A DNA stretch of 64,000 nucleotides from Methanobacteriota archaeon (GTDB lineage Archaea > Methanobacteriota > Methanobacteria > Methanobacteriales > Methanobacteriaceae): contig JAEZKE010000140.1 in assembly GCA_023436175.1 (NCBI GenBank), positions 464 to 64,463 of the forward strand. The letters run 5' to 3'. This document shows, one piece after another, positions 31,480 to 43,030 of this stretch (position 1 is the stretch's first letter; each line of letters opens with the position of its first letter). A program made the position numbers and the translations under genes. Under the pieces are notes generated by a model. The model was not told the DNA's origin. It worked only from the letters and a program-made list of their open reading frames with translations, and ran no database searches.

Positions 31480-32286
31480 TTATTCATAGTTGTTCTGGTT
31501 GTTTTTATATATGTTATACTGATAGCTGTCATTAACCTTTTTGTAATTTTCATTTAATAATCCCTGTTCATAGTAAGATTGTAGCTGTGCATAATTTTTT
31601 AACTCAAAATCTCTGTATGGATTGTTAAAGTAAGGAAAGATCATCCCTTTAATTGTATAAACATATGCAGGAATCATTCCATAGGTTTTAGTCAATATTT
31701 GGAAATACAATGGGAATCCACAACCTTGAACTAAGACAGGATTATCCTGTCTGACAGTTCCATGCCATACCATTGGAAGCGGACCCTCTTGACCATGTTC
31801 CTCTGCAAGCTCATTGACATGAGCCATCACATCATCATAATTGTCATAAACTACCCCATCAGACATGTACTTATATCTACCATCAGGAACACCGAACAAT
31901 GCAACTTTAAGCGAATCTAAAAGATCGATTTGACTTAAATTTGATGAACCTGTTCCCTGAGTGTCAATGAAACCTACCTCTATAATATAAACTCCGCTTT
32001 GGTTATAACTTGAATTTAAATCTGCGTCATTATCTTCCTGGTAGCTGCGGTAGTTGGAACTTCCAGTAAAATGCACCACTAAAGCACATTTGGATCCACT
32101 TTCTTCTGCATATTTAGCCAAAAGTTCAGAATTGGGATGCCCAGGATACATATCAGGATTAGCTAATTTAACAAATGCAAGCCTTCCTAAAGGGTCAATA
32201 GAACCATTTGAAACTGTAACATAAGAGTAACCTATAATAAGAGCTATAATACCTAATGTGACTAATAACCATTTCATTTTATTCAC
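31480..32286 (-). CDS. Membrane-anchored exported hypothetical protein, paralog A
   Basis: N-terminal [20 protein letters not shown] shared with neighbour. Confidence 0.8.
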   Translation of the reverse strand: MNKMKWLLVTLGIIALIIGYSYVTVSNGSIDPLGRLAFVKLANPDMYPGHPNSELLAKYAEESGSKCALVVHFTGSSNYRSYQEDNDADLNSSYNQSGVYIIEVGFIDTQGTGSSNLSQIDLLDSLKVALFGVPDGRYKYMSDGVVYDNYDDVMAHVNELAEEHGQEGPLPMVWHGTVRQDNPVLVQGCGFPLYFQILTKTYGMIPAYVYTIKGMIFPYFNNPYRDFELKNYAQLQSYYEQGLLNENYKKVNDSYQYNIYKNNQNNYE

Positions 32287-32298
32287 CCTAATTTTAAA

Positions 32299-33084
32299 TC
32301 ATGTACTATCGTAGTTCTGGCTGTTGTTTTGGTACATTTGCTTGTAATATTGAAGAGCAGTTTTATTACCCTTAGTATTCGTCTCATAATTTTGATTTAA
32401 TAATCCCTGGTTGTAATAGTCCTGTAACGTTTCAGCATTTTTAAGCTCAAAATCTCTGTATGGGTCATTGAAGTATGCAGATAACATTCCTGAAAGTGTA
32501 TATACATATGCAGGAATTATTCCATAGGTTTTAGTCAATATCTGGAAGTATAATGGGAATCCTTCCCCTGGAGTTATTACAGGGTTCCCCTGCCTTACTG
32601 TTCCCTTATAACACATTGGAAGCGGACCTTGTTGGCCATGTTCCTCTGCAAGCTCATTGACGTGAACCATCATCTCGTCATAAGTGTTGTAAACATGCCC
32701 ATCTGACATGTACCTGTACCGATCATCAGGAACTCCAAATAATGCCACTTTAAATGAATCTAAATAGTTAACCTGACTCATATTTATTGAACCCATACCT
32801 TGCGTGTCAATGAAAGCCACCTCAATTATATAAACATTTCCTTCCTGATAGCTACGGTAATTAGAACCACCATACAACTGCAGTACTAGTGCACATTTAG
32901 ATCCCTGTGCTGCTGCGTCTTTAGCAAGAAGTTCAGAATGAGGATGTCCAGGGTACATATCTGGATTAGCTAATTTAACAAATGCAAGCCTTCCCATAGG
33001 TTGAATAGGGCCATTTGAAACTGTAACATAAGAGTAACCTATAATAAGAGCTATAATAACTAATACAACTAATAACCATTTCAT
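32299..33084 (-). CDS. Membrane-anchored exported hypothetical protein, paralog B
   Basis: Tandem paralog of 31480-32286. Confidence 0.8.
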   Translation of the reverse strand: MKWLLVVLVIIALIIGYSYVTVSNGPIQPMGRLAFVKLANPDMYPGHPHSELLAKDAAAQGSKCALVLQLYGGSNYRSYQEGNVYIIEVAFIDTQGMGSINMSQVNYLDSFKVALFGVPDDRYRYMSDGHVYNTYDEMMVHVNELAEEHGQQGPLPMCYKGTVRQGNPVITPGEGFPLYFQILTKTYGIIPAYVYTLSGMLSAYFNDPYRDFELKNAETLQDYYNQGLLNQNYETNTKGNKTALQYYKQMYQNNSQNYDST

Positions 33085-33216
33085 TTTTTATTCACCATAG
33101 AATTAACATTAACATAGTAACTTAAAGTATTTATTCCAAAATTACACCCAAATCAGTATATTAAGGGCTTAGTATTATTTTTGTATGGGTTAAACAAACT
33201 AAAATTAAAAATTGGT

Positions 33217-35250
33217 TTAGAATACTAAAGAAAGTAATCTAAACGCAACCCCCCCAATAACTATGGCGGTGACAAGATTAGCTGCAGATATATATGTGGC
33301 AGCTTTCACCCCAAACTCACGAATCAGTATTGTGATGGTGGACAGACATGGAATAAACAGCATAGATACAAGGGCCAGCACTATGAATTGAACCGGTGTT
33401 AAAAAAGCAGCTAGATTCGGGCCAACCAAAGTCACCAACATTAAAAGAACAAATTCTTTTCTAACAACACCAAATATGAGGAGAATACCTGAAATTGCAG
33501 GAAGGCCTAGCCATATAACCGTAATAGGAGTTAAAGCGGCATTTATAGGTCCTAAAACACCGAGAACATACAGGGCCTGTATAAGTGCACTGGCAATAAC
33601 ATATATTGGAAGTACCAGATAAATCAGTGATTTAGTCCGTGTCCATGTCTGTTTGAGGGCCGTTGATAGGGATGGTACTTTAAATGAATGCATTTCCATT
33701 ATTAATCCTGTTGACTCGCCAGGGACCACTTTTAAAGCAATTCTACCCATTATAAATATAATTGCAAGGTCAATGGCATAAAGTGCAATCGCCCACCATA
33801 CATTAACAAAAACCGCTACAAGACCAAGAACTATAATTGTTCTTGCTGCACATGGTGCAAATGTAATGGCAAATGATGCAAGCAGTCTTTCACGTCTTGT
33901 TTCTAAAATACGGGTCTGGTCAATAGCTGGAACATTACATCCATAACCAAGGATCATAGGAATAAGTGCCTTCCCATGCAGTCCTATTTTATGCATCAGA
34001 GTATCCATCATGAATGCAACTCTTGTCAGTATTCCTGAATTTTCAATTAGACTGAGCATAATATAAAATGGAATTACAAATGGTATAACAAGTGTAACCC
34101 CTGCTACAATTCCTCCAAACGCACCATTCCATAGAACACTTATTAGTCCGCCGCTAATTTGAGGGTCTACAGGTTGGAAAAAGCTAAAAGCATCTGAAAG
34201 CAAACCTGAAAAGAAATTTCCAACTATAAATGTCCATAAAAGCAGTCCACCTATTACCAGAGCGGAAGTGATATAACCATAGACTCTATGTGTAACGATT
34301 CTGTCAAGTTTCTCTGAGAATGTGATTTTTATTTCACTCTGTATTTGACCTCCTTCTGCAATTCTATTTGCAAGTGAGTATCTTTCAGATGCAATAACTG
34401 AAAATGAAGGTTCTCTATGGATATCTTCTATTTCTCTTGCTAGAGCATAAGCTAGGTTAACAACTTCTTCAGATTTAGATCTTACCAATTTCTGGATCTC
34501 GGGATCATTTTCTATTAATTTTATAGCCACCCAGCGAGATGGATAGCCTAAATTAAGATTTTTAGACTGGATTAAGTCTGTTAATTTTTTTATTCTATTT
34601 TCTACTTCACTTCCATATTCCAGTGTAGCAGGTTTATTATCTTTCTTCTCTGCAATTTCTGTAGCTATTTCCATAAGTTCATGTAGTCCTTCTCCCCTTA
34701 CAGCTACAGTAGCCACCACTGGTACTCCTAATGCTGCCTGCAGTTTTTCAGTATCAATAACAATTCCCTTTTGTTTGGCTATATCCACCTGATTAACACA
34801 AACAACCAATGGCACTTCCATTTCCATGAGTTGCATAGTAAAAAATAGATTCCGCTCTAAAACAGCAGCATCAACAACATTAATAACAACATCAGGTTTT
34901 TCAAATGCAATATATTCCCTTGATACAATTTCTTCCATAGAATATGTAGAAAAAGAATATATTCCCGGTAAATCAATTACATCGATATCATAATCTTCAA
35001 AAAGAAGTTTACCTTCTGCCCTTTCAATTGTTTTTCCAGGCCAGTTCCCTATAATCTGGTTAGAACCTGTAAGTTCATTAAAAATAACACTTTTGCCGAC
35101 GTTAGCATTTCCTGCAAGTGCAATTGTCAAATCAGCATCTTTTTTAGGATTTTGTCCGTGTCCATGTCTATTTTGGTGCCTTTTACCATGACCTTTTCCA
35201 TTCCAAGATTTTTGAGGTTTGTTTTCGCCAGATCCAGCCAAGATCAGCAC
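33217..35250 (-). CDS. feoB: Ferrous iron transporter FeoB
   Basis: [24 protein letters not shown] and PC motifs. Confidence 0.95.
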   Translation of the reverse strand: MLILAGSGENKPQKSWNGKGHGKRHQNRHGHGQNPKKDADLTIALAGNANVGKSVIFNELTGSNQIIGNWPGKTIERAEGKLLFEDYDIDVIDLPGIYSFSTYSMEEIVSREYIAFEKPDVVINVVDAAVLERNLFFTMQLMEMEVPLVVCVNQVDIAKQKGIVIDTEKLQAALGVPVVATVAVRGEGLHELMEIATEIAEKKDNKPATLEYGSEVENRIKKLTDLIQSKNLNLGYPSRWVAIKLIENDPEIQKLVRSKSEEVVNLAYALAREIEDIHREPSFSVIASERYSLANRIAEGGQIQSEIKITFSEKLDRIVTHRVYGYITSALVIGGLLLWTFIVGNFFSGLLSDAFSFFQPVDPQISGGLISVLWNGAFGGIVAGVTLVIPFVIPFYIMLSLIENSGILTRVAFMMDTLMHKIGLHGKALIPMILGYGCNVPAIDQTRILETRRERLLASFAITFAPCAARTIIVLGLVAVFVNVWWAIALYAIDLAIIFIMGRIALKVVPGESTGLIMEMHSFKVPSLSTALKQTWTRTKSLIYLVLPIYVIASALIQALYVLGVLGPINAALTPITVIWLGLPAISGILLIFGVVRKEFVLLMLVTLVGPNLAAFLTPVQFIVLALVSMLFIPCLSTITILIREFGVKAATYISAANLVTAIVIGGVAFRLLSLVF

Positions 35251-35981
35251 CCCATCTCATCACAAGATTCAATGAACACGTTTGAGGCTATATCTCGCCC
35301 AAGAGCTAGTTTTGATCCTCTAACTGCAACTTCTACAGGGCCTCCGAGTGGGGCGACTTTGATTACACTTATAATTGCGCCAATGGTAATTCCCATATCT
35401 AGAAGCCTTCGAATTACCTTGTGATCTCCCCTTATAAAACTTACTCTACCTTTTTTGTGTTCGTTAAGGTCAAGTATTGAGATTAGGTTTTCATTTCTCT
35501 TTCCAACTTCTTCTACATCTACTTCTTTCCTTTCTTTGCATTCTTCACAGGTTGTAAATTTTAAATCACATTCTGGAATAACGCTGTCACCAGGACATTT
35601 GTTTGGCTGTTCTAAAAGGTGGCAGAGTGCTCTTTCTGCATCGTCAGACAGTACATGTTCCATTTCACATGCCTGATCATGAATTTTATCACTTTTGATC
35701 TTTAAAATGTCGCATAAAAATCTTTCGAGTAATCTATGTTTTCTGGTAACTTTTTTTGCAATTTTAAGACCATTTTCTGTCAATATAACTCCTTTATATG
35801 GAGAATATTCTACATAGCCTTTATCTGCTAATTTTTTAAGCATTTGGGTAGCGCTTGCTGGTGCAATTTTTAGATTTTCTGAAATCATTGAAGTTGAAAC
35901 CCTTTCTCCATTTGGGCCAAGCTTATATAATAACTCAAGATATTCCTCTACATTTCCGCTAAGTGTTGCATTCTTTGACAT
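35244..35981 (-). CDS. DtxR/MntR-family regulator with Cys-rich linker and C-terminal FeoA domain
   Basis: EEYLE, RKHRLLE, CEMEH; RRLLDMG..APLGGP FeoA motif. Confidence 0.9.
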   Translation of the reverse strand: MSKNATLSGNVEEYLELLYKLGPNGERVSTSMISENLKIAPASATQMLKKLADKGYVEYSPYKGVILTENGLKIAKKVTRKHRLLERFLCDILKIKSDKIHDQACEMEHVLSDDAERALCHLLEQPNKCPGDSVIPECDLKFTTCEECKERKEVDVEEVGKRNENLISILDLNEHKKGRVSFIRGDHKVIRRLLDMGITIGAIISVIKVAPLGGPVEVAVRGSKLALGRDIASNVFIESCDEMGC

Positions 35982-36053
35982 TTAGGTCCACCTAAAACTT
36001 TAATGAGTATAGTTATTGCAGAAACTATATAAAGTTTTTGGTATGCCTAAAAA
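35981..36053. promoter_or_regulatory. Two putative DtxR-type boxes
   Basis: TTTAGG-TCCA-CCTAAA (35981-35996, over the RBS) and TTTGG-TATG-CCTAA (36037-36050, beside the TATA box). Confidence 0.6.
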
Positions 36054-36189
36054 ATTTAAAAGATAAATACATAACACAAAAAAATAGTTTTATCCATATA
36101 CCTGTGCTAATTACTATATAGCTTTTATTGGCCAATATTAGAAGGGTTAAACAGAGTATATAATTTATACCTATAAAATTTAAACTTTT

Positions 36190-36371
36190 AAAAATTGATC
36201 CTGAACTCATAGATGAATTCAGGAATAAAATGTTAATGACCAAATTAACAATATTCACTTTACATTTTTAGAAATAGTGTCCTGGACACTTTTAGGGGCT
36301 AGTGTCCAGGGAGACTTTTTATGGTCCATTTTAAATATAATCCCTAATGATTTATATATATTTGCATTTCG
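36190..36371 (-). ncRNA. Candidate small RNA, copy 2
   Basis: Promoter like copy 1; perfect 10-bp stem CCTGGACACT/AGTGTCCAGG with loop AGCCCCTAAA; second hairpin 36199-36224, then U-tract. Confidence 0.55.
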
Positions 36372-36439
36372 TTTAAATATAATATACATATAACAATTAA
36401 TTTTATATTATTTTACATATTAGATATATTTTCTATTTA

Positions 36440-36540
36440 TTTAAAAATAATTAGGCCTGGACACTCTATAAACAAGTGCCCAGAGTACATATGGTCAATT
36501 TAAGTAATGATTTAATGACTTATATATTTTTGCATATCAA
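36440..36540 (-). ncRNA. Candidate small RNA, copy 3
   Basis: Promoter TGATATGCAAAAATATATAAGTCATT; stem CTGGGCACT/AGTGTCCAG; U-rich tail. Confidence 0.5.
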
Positions 36541-36875
36541 TTATAAAGACCATTCAATTATAGATATATATTAATGAAGTATAAAAGAAAATTTATAAAT
36601 TTTGAGCAATATCCTTTACTTTTTCTAAAGTGGATTTTTTATTTACATGTGAATTTAAACAGTTTTATGATATTGGAATATATTTCTGTTTAATTTTTTT
36701 GAAAATTACCATCTCATGAAACAAATTATTATTCAATTAAATTATTCTATTATGCTCATAACTCGTTAATTACTGGTTTTATAACAAAAAATTTTCTAAA
36801 ACTTAATTTATTCCGAAATAGATATAAATAAGCTCGGGGATAATGGTAACCTGTTAATAAGAGGAAGTAAAAAAT

Positions 36876-37472
36876 ATGGCAGGATTGGGCAGAGGAGCTG
36901 CAATACTAATAAGCGTAATAATTGGTCTCATTATTTTACCTATTCTTGGGATTAAAGGACTATTTTGCATGGTAATAATTGGTTTTATTGCAAATTACCT
37001 TACAGTAGACAGCCAGAGGAGTTATATAATCGGCACAATTGCGGGAGGTATAATTGGCCTTATTGTTTTTATGTTCGGTTTCTTTGCTTCACCTACACTC
37101 CCTTATACTCCAAGTATATCCACTTCCAAGATGATCAGTCTACAATTAGGAGGATTATTCACATTACTACTCGGATTTATTCTTTTAATTGGTGTTTGTG
37201 CCGGATTAGGGGCCGTTGGAGGGGCTATTGTACAAAAACTTTTTAAAAAGAAAGCTGAAACTGGTAGATACAGTGAAGGGTATCAAAGAAGAAATACACA
37301 AGAGTATAAAAAAAGAAATATACCCCAAAAAAGTTTTATCAATAAATTAATGGCTTTAACTAAAAATAAGTCCCAAAAAAGGTTTAATAGTAAACCAAGA
37401 AGGGATTTAAATAAAAATAGACGCAGAAAAAGCTTTAACGATAAACCTAAAAGAACATTAAATAAAAAATAG
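36876..37472 (+). CDS. Membrane protein (DUF5518-like) with Lys/Arg-rich tail
   Basis: Gly-rich TM helices; basic low-complexity C-terminus; GAGGA RBS. Confidence 0.7.
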   Translation: MAGLGRGAAILISVIIGLIILPILGIKGLFCMVIIGFIANYLTVDSQRSYIIGTIAGGIIGLIVFMFGFFASPTLPYTPSISTSKMISLQLGGLFTLLLGFILLIGVCAGLGAVGGAIVQKLFKKKAETGRYSEGYQRRNTQEYKKRNIPQKSFINKLMALTKNKSQKRFNSKPRRDLNKNRRRKSFNDKPKRTLNKK

Positions 37473-37723
37473 ACTAATTTTATTTTCTTTCAGATTATTT
37501 AATAATAAATAACACCCGTTATATTTATATAAATTAAATTTAAGAAATCACATTATTTAATCTTTAACGCTCATGTTTATTGCATGAAATACGTATGTTA
37601 AATTGTAGATTTAATTATTAATTATATAAAAATTACTTTAAGAACATACAAATCTACACAACTTCTGCATATGAGCGTTTAATAATTTAAACATCGTTAA
37701 TTCAATTAAAAAGGAAATTAAAA

Positions 37724-38920
37724 ATGAAAGCCATAGTTGTGGGATCAGGTGCAGGTGGAGGAACCATTGCAAAAGAACTTGCAAAAGCAGGGATTTCAGT
37801 CGACTTAATCGAAAAAGGTCCAGCTACCAGTACTGAAAAAGCGTATAAACACTATAATATATTGAATGTAGGAACAGAAGTATCAAGTACCATTTGTTTG
37901 GGTGGTACTACTCTTGTAACAGCAGGAAATGCAGTAAGAACCTGTGAAGAATCTTTTAAGAAATTAGGAATTGATTTGAGCCGTGAGTTTGAAGAAATAG
38001 AGGATGAACTACATATAAATACTCTTCCAGATTCACATTTTGGAGAAGGAACAAAAAAAATAATGGACGCTGCAAGATCTTTAGGTCTGGAAATTCAAAA
38101 AATGCCCAAGTTCATATATCCTGATTCATGTAAACCCTGTGGTAAATGCGCTTTTGGCTGTCCAAAAGATGCAAAATGGACCAGCATGGAATTTATCAAA
38201 GAAGCTGAAGAATACGGTGCAAATATTATAGAAAATACTCCCGTTACAGATATAATACTTTCCAATGGGAAAGTAAATGGAGTAAAAAGTGATGGCAAGA
38301 TCTTTAAAGCAGATATCGTAATTTTATCCGCCGGTGCAATAGAAACACCAAGATTACTGCAAAAAATAGGCATAAACGCTGGCAACAACCTTTTTGTTGA
38401 TACATTTGTTACAGTTGGGGGCCTGCTTAAAAATATAAAGTACAACAAGGAAGTATCCATGAATGCCCTTATAAAATTGGATAATATCGTTTTAGCGCCT
38501 CATTTTTCGGGAATTTTAGTAGACAAACTCAAAAAATTTAAAGCCCGAAAAAAAGATGTTCTTGGACTCATGATTAAGATAAAAGATGAACCTTCGGGTA
38601 AAGTCACTCAGGATGGAGTAATAAAATTCAACACTGCAGAAGATGTTGCTCTTTTAGCGGAAGGATCAGCAATTGCTGGCTCAATATTAACTGAAGCAGG
38701 TGTAATTCCAGAGACACTTGTATCTACTTATGCAAGGGGCGCCCATCCTGGTGGAACCGCTGCAATTGGAGATGTAGTTGATACAGATCTACAAACAGAA
38801 ATAAAAGGTCTTTATGTTGCAGATGCAAGCGTTTTCCCTGAAGCTCCAGGTGCACCTCCGGTTGTTACCATCATCGCGTTAGCAAAAAGACTTGCAAAAC
38901 ATATAATTAATGAGATATGA
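37724..38920 (+). CDS. GMC-family FAD oxidoreductase with Cys cluster
   Basis: [28 protein letters not shown]. Confidence 0.88.
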   Translation: MKAIVVGSGAGGGTIAKELAKAGISVDLIEKGPATSTEKAYKHYNILNVGTEVSSTICLGGTTLVTAGNAVRTCEESFKKLGIDLSREFEEIEDELHINTLPDSHFGEGTKKIMDAARSLGLEIQKMPKFIYPDSCKPCGKCAFGCPKDAKWTSMEFIKEAEEYGANIIENTPVTDIILSNGKVNGVKSDGKIFKADIVILSAGAIETPRLLQKIGINAGNNLFVDTFVTVGGLLKNIKYNKEVSMNALIKLDNIVLAPHFSGILVDKLKKFKARKKDVLGLMIKIKDEPSGKVTQDGVIKFNTAEDVALLAEGSAIAGSILTEAGVIPETLVSTYARGAHPGGTAAIGDVVDTDLQTEIKGLYVADASVFPEAPGAPPVVTIIALAKRLAKHIINEI

Positions 38921-38953
38921 TTAAAAATTTGAGTTAAATTGAAGAAATTAAAA

Positions 38954-39298
38954 TTATAAATGCTCATGAGTAGTCAGTTTGGATTTAACATTTACCAGGG
39001 TGCTTTTAGCACCTCTTAATTTATTGATTTTATCGAAAATGTCCACATTGTCTACTATATCCAAATTGGCATAAATAATGTTGTATTTAGCAGATTCAAG
39101 CATATTTTTTTCTTCAAAGTTTTTCATACTGTCTATTATCATGTCTAATTTATCAATAACTTTTTTTAATTCATAATTTACATTTCCAAGATCTATAATT
39201 TCCTTAGTAGATTCAAACATAATATCCATCAAATCATCTAATTTATGGATTAAAAGATCCAATTCAATTAGAGCATCTTTGTAGTTCATTTTAATCAT
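38954..39298 (-). CDS. Hypothetical helical protein
   Basis: 114-aa ORF; no motif recognised. Confidence 0.55.
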   Translation of the reverse strand: MIKMNYKDALIELDLLIHKLDDLMDIMFESTKEIIDLGNVNYELKKVIDKLDMIIDSMKNFEEKNMLESAKYNIIYANLDIVDNVDIFDKINKLRGAKSTLVNVKSKLTTHEHL

Positions 39299-39454
39299 GT
39301 CTAAATTTTTATATCAGTATTTGAGGATTAATTATTAGAATTTAATTCAAAATTCAATAAAAATGATAATTAAAGCATAAATTGGAGTATGTAGTAGTTA
39401 TAGGTTAAAAAATGGTAAAAAATAGATAATCAAACGAATTATCCATTCATAAAT

Positions 39455-39832
39455 CTAAACCTGTTCTAATTTCCTTGTTTTATAAATAATCAACCCCCCT
39501 ATTACAAAATTAGCAATTGCAACTATAATCAGTTCAATCCCTGAAGCTGCACTTACTGTAAATCCAGCATTAATAAAACCAGCTGCACTTAATAACTGTA
39601 TCAATCCTAAAATCCACAAAATAACTCCAACAGCATATATGGCCACGAAACTTTTAGATATCCAGATCAATACTGCAAAGAGAATAAAAATTACTCCAAA
39701 TACAGTGGATGAAAATTCGAGGCTCAAAATCCCCCATAGTGCCACAAGAATAGTAAGCCTCTTAATCCATTTTTGACTTTTCTCACCAACTGGTTTTACA
39801 CTCTTATTGTAATTTTTAACTTTTTCATTCAA
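39455..39832 (-). CDS. Hypothetical membrane protein
   Basis: Several TM segments; GGAGGGT RBS with TTG start. Confidence 0.7.
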   Translation of the reverse strand: MNEKVKNYNKSVKPVGEKSQKWIKRLTILVALWGILSLEFSSTVFGVIFILFAVLIWISKSFVAIYAVGVILWILGLIQLLSAAGFINAGFTVSAASGIELIIVAIANFVIGGLIIYKTRKLEQV

Positions 39833-39900
39833 GATATTACCCTCCTTTATATTAAAAAGATATAATAACTTTTAATTAAACTGAAAAGCATACTAACCAG

Positions 39901-42636
39901 CTAATCCTGCTTTGAATAATGTTTTTTATTACTGTAGCGAATGTATACCTTAAATAGCTCCCCTATAATAAAAAGTAATATTGCCGGAATGAAACATATG
40001 CCCCACTGGTACGCATCAAGTGAAACAGTACCAAAGAGCTCATGGAAAACCCTTGTTTCTGTAATGAGGATTGTACCTAAAAGAATCCATAGATAAGCAT
40101 AAAGGAGCCTTATATTTGAAAATGTAGCGCTTTGAAATGCAGTATCTTTAGGAAATCTAAGATTTAGAGCAAGAAAGATGTTCATCAGTGATATTGATAC
40201 AAGTCCCATAGTCTGACCGATTTGCATGGAACCATAGAATACCTGTCCTATATGGTACACATAGAGTGATGTTGCGGCCATGAATGCACCTGCAATAAAT
40301 AATCTAATATACATGCCTTTTGAGATGATCTCTTCGTCATGTTTTCGAGGTTTTCGTGTCATAATACCCGGTGATGCCATATCAAGCCCAAACATCACAC
40401 CAATTGGCGCTACAACGAGCATGTGAACCCATAATACTTGTCCTGGCGTGAAAAGTGCTGTGCCAGCAATTGTAAATATTGAAGAACCTAAAAATGCCAG
40501 AATGAACATAAACATGTTGGCAATCTGAATTCGGAGAAACTTCTGTAGATTATCATAGATCTTCCTCCCTTCTTCGATGGCAGTCACGATGGTTTTGAAG
40601 TTATCATCAACAAGGATCATCTTGGCAGCCCCCTTGGCAACATCAGTACCTGTAATGCCCATTGCAATACCAATATCAGCTGTCTTGATTGAAGGAGCGT
40701 CATTTACACCGTCACCGGTCATGGCTACTATATTGCCTTTTTTCTTAAGAGTCTTCACCAGCCTGACCTTATGTTCTGGTGCAACCCTGGCAAAAACTCC
40801 AATCTCATCAATTTGATTTTCAGCTTCTTCATCGGTTAGTGCTGCAAATTCTGCACCAGTGATTGTTCTCCCTTCAATACCCAGTTCCCGACCAATAGCC
40901 TCAGCTGTAACTGCATGGTCTCCAGTAATCATTCTGACTCTAACACCTGCTTGTTTTGCTTTTTTAATAGCATCCTTTGCTTCTGCACGTGGAAGATCAA
41001 CTTCTCCAATAAGTGCGGTCATGGTAATGTCTTGCATGAGCGGCATCAAATCTGCACTCGGATCAAAGGATGAGGATTCAAAATCTTTTTGTGCAAGGGC
41101 AAGAACTCGTAATCCTTCGCTTGCTATTCTTTCATTCTCTTCTTCAACTTTTTTCCTGTCATCTGTACTTAGTTCATTGGTTGACCCGTCAGGCATTAGT
41201 CCGTAAGCAGACATTCCAAGGATCACGTCAGGAGCCCCTTTAATATATGCTCGGATTACCTGCATGCCTCCTCGTGTTTTCATTTTATGGAATGTTGCCA
41301 TGAATTTGTATTCAGAATCAAATGGAATACTAGCAATCCTTGGATTATTCTTTCGGAACTCCTGGACATTCAAGCCTCCCTTTTCAGCAAGCGCATAAAG
41401 TGCAGCTTCAGTCGGATCTCCTATTACTTCTCCATCCCGGATATCTGTGTCAATGCAAAGAGCACATGGAAATAAGATATAATCCATGTTCTCTTCTGGT
41501 TTTCCTTCTGTTCTCTCTATTTTTCCATCAAAGCTGTAGCCTTCCCCTGAGACAGTATAACGGTGCTGTGCTGTTGAAATGTTCCGTACAGTCATCTGGT
41601 TCATGGTGAGTGTCCCTGTCTTGTCTGAATTGATTGCTGAAGTAGAACCAAGTGTTTCTACTGCAGGAAGGTTTTTGATGATGGCATTCTTCTTTGCCAT
41701 CGCCACCATACCCATAGCCAGGATAGTGGTTACAACAGCAGGCAGGGCATCTGGAATAGAACCGATAGCCAGAGATATACCAATATTAAACAGGTTTGTG
41801 AAGGAGCCTCCCTGAGAAAGCCCAATTACCAGAATACATATAAATGCTAGCACTGCAATCCCTATGATAAAGAGGGTGACTCTATCAATTTGCTGCATGA
41901 GGGGAGTCTTTCCTGCCTTATGCTCCCTGAGCATGGTAGCTATATGCCCCACTTCTGAGTTCATGCCAGTTTGAGTAACCAGAATCTCGCCATGGCCTCG
42001 GGTAACGTTTGTATTCATAAAAGCCATGTTAACTCGATCCCCAAGGGGAATATCCTTTTTGGTGATCACATCGGTGTTCTTGTCAACAGCCATGCTCTCG
42101 CCGGTAAGGGCGGCTTCTTCCACCTGGAGATTTGCAGCGACCACCACCCTGCCGTCAGCAGGGACACGATCACCCGCATCTAAAATTACAACATCTCCAG
42201 GTACAATTTTTTCAGCTTCAATTTGGGTAATGACACCATTTCGCCGCACTTTGGAAACGACTTTCATCATTTTATTAAGTTCAGCAACGCTTTTTGAAGC
42301 CTTGGCCTCCTGACGATACCCCAGATTAGCTATGAAGACTGTTAAAAGAATAAGGAGTATAAATGTTCTGAGTTCACCAATTAAAAGGCCCACTATAGCT
42401 GCAATAACGAGGACAATCTGCATGTAAGCCTTGTACTGTTCCAACCATTTTCTCCAGGCAGGCTTTTCCTTTTCTTCTTCAAGTACATTGGGCCCATAGC
42501 TTTCTAAACGGTCAGATGCTTCAATAGAGCTAAGTCCTTGCTCAAGTGAAACTCCAACCTTTTTTGCAGCTTCTTCCTTGATTAATGTGTACCATTCCTC
42601 TTCAATGCCTGAAGATTGCGATGGTGGATTAGACAT
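39901..42636 (-). CDS. Cation-transporting P-type ATPase (type II-like)
   Basis: TGES, DKTGT, KGAP, TGD and GDGVND motifs. Confidence 0.93.
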   Translation of the reverse strand: MSNPPSQSSGIEEEWYTLIKEEAAKKVGVSLEQGLSSIEASDRLESYGPNVLEEEKEKPAWRKWLEQYKAYMQIVLVIAAIVGLLIGELRTFILLILLTVFIANLGYRQEAKASKSVAELNKMMKVVSKVRRNGVITQIEAEKIVPGDVVILDAGDRVPADGRVVVAANLQVEEAALTGESMAVDKNTDVITKKDIPLGDRVNMAFMNTNVTRGHGEILVTQTGMNSEVGHIATMLREHKAGKTPLMQQIDRVTLFIIGIAVLAFICILVIGLSQGGSFTNLFNIGISLAIGSIPDALPAVVTTILAMGMVAMAKKNAIIKNLPAVETLGSTSAINSDKTGTLTMNQMTVRNISTAQHRYTVSGEGYSFDGKIERTEGKPEENMDYILFPCALCIDTDIRDGEVIGDPTEAALYALAEKGGLNVQEFRKNNPRIASIPFDSEYKFMATFHKMKTRGGMQVIRAYIKGAPDVILGMSAYGLMPDGSTNELSTDDRKKVEEENERIASEGLRVLALAQKDFESSSFDPSADLMPLMQDITMTALIGEVDLPRAEAKDAIKKAKQAGVRVRMITGDHAVTAEAIGRELGIEGRTITGAEFAALTDEEAENQIDEIGVFARVAPEHKVRLVKTLKKKGNIVAMTGDGVNDAPSIKTADIGIAMGITGTDVAKGAAKMILVDDNFKTIVTAIEEGRKIYDNLQKFLRIQIANMFMFILAFLGSSIFTIAGTALFTPGQVLWVHMLVVAPIGVMFGLDMASPGIMTRKPRKHDEEIISKGMYIRLFIAGAFMAATSLYVYHIGQVFYGSMQIGQTMGLVSISLMNIFLALNLRFPKDTAFQSATFSNIRLLYAYLWILLGTILITETRVFHELFGTVSLDAYQWGICFIPAILLFIIGELFKVYIRYSNKKHYSKQD

Positions 42637-43030
42637 ATTTTGGCTCCTCCCAAATACATAGGGGACTTATCAGCTGGAATTAATTACTTACTAAATTCTT
42701 CCCGTTTATATTAATTAATAATATATAAAAATATGTTAATAAACTTTTATGAATATATTAAAATAATTAAAATAATTAAAAGCTTTTTAATCTTATTATT
42801 AAAGAGTTTTTTTATAAAAAAATATAAATGAAGCAGTTTAAAATAGGATTAGAGAAGATTAATTTTTATTTTTTAAAATGGACTATTTAACTATAGTTTT
42901 TAAAATAAATTAACAATATTTAATTTATATATGTGAAAATAAGTTTCTATGATATAAATTTAAAATAAAAAAACGCAAGTTAAAAAATGCCATTCATTAC
43001 AATAGTATTTTTTATGGTTAAATAAGGAAA

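Noticed and set aside
36025..36258. 77-aa - strand ORF upstream of the DtxR gene
   Set aside because: No RBS, low-complexity sequence, and it overlaps an RNA hairpin and the DtxR promoter
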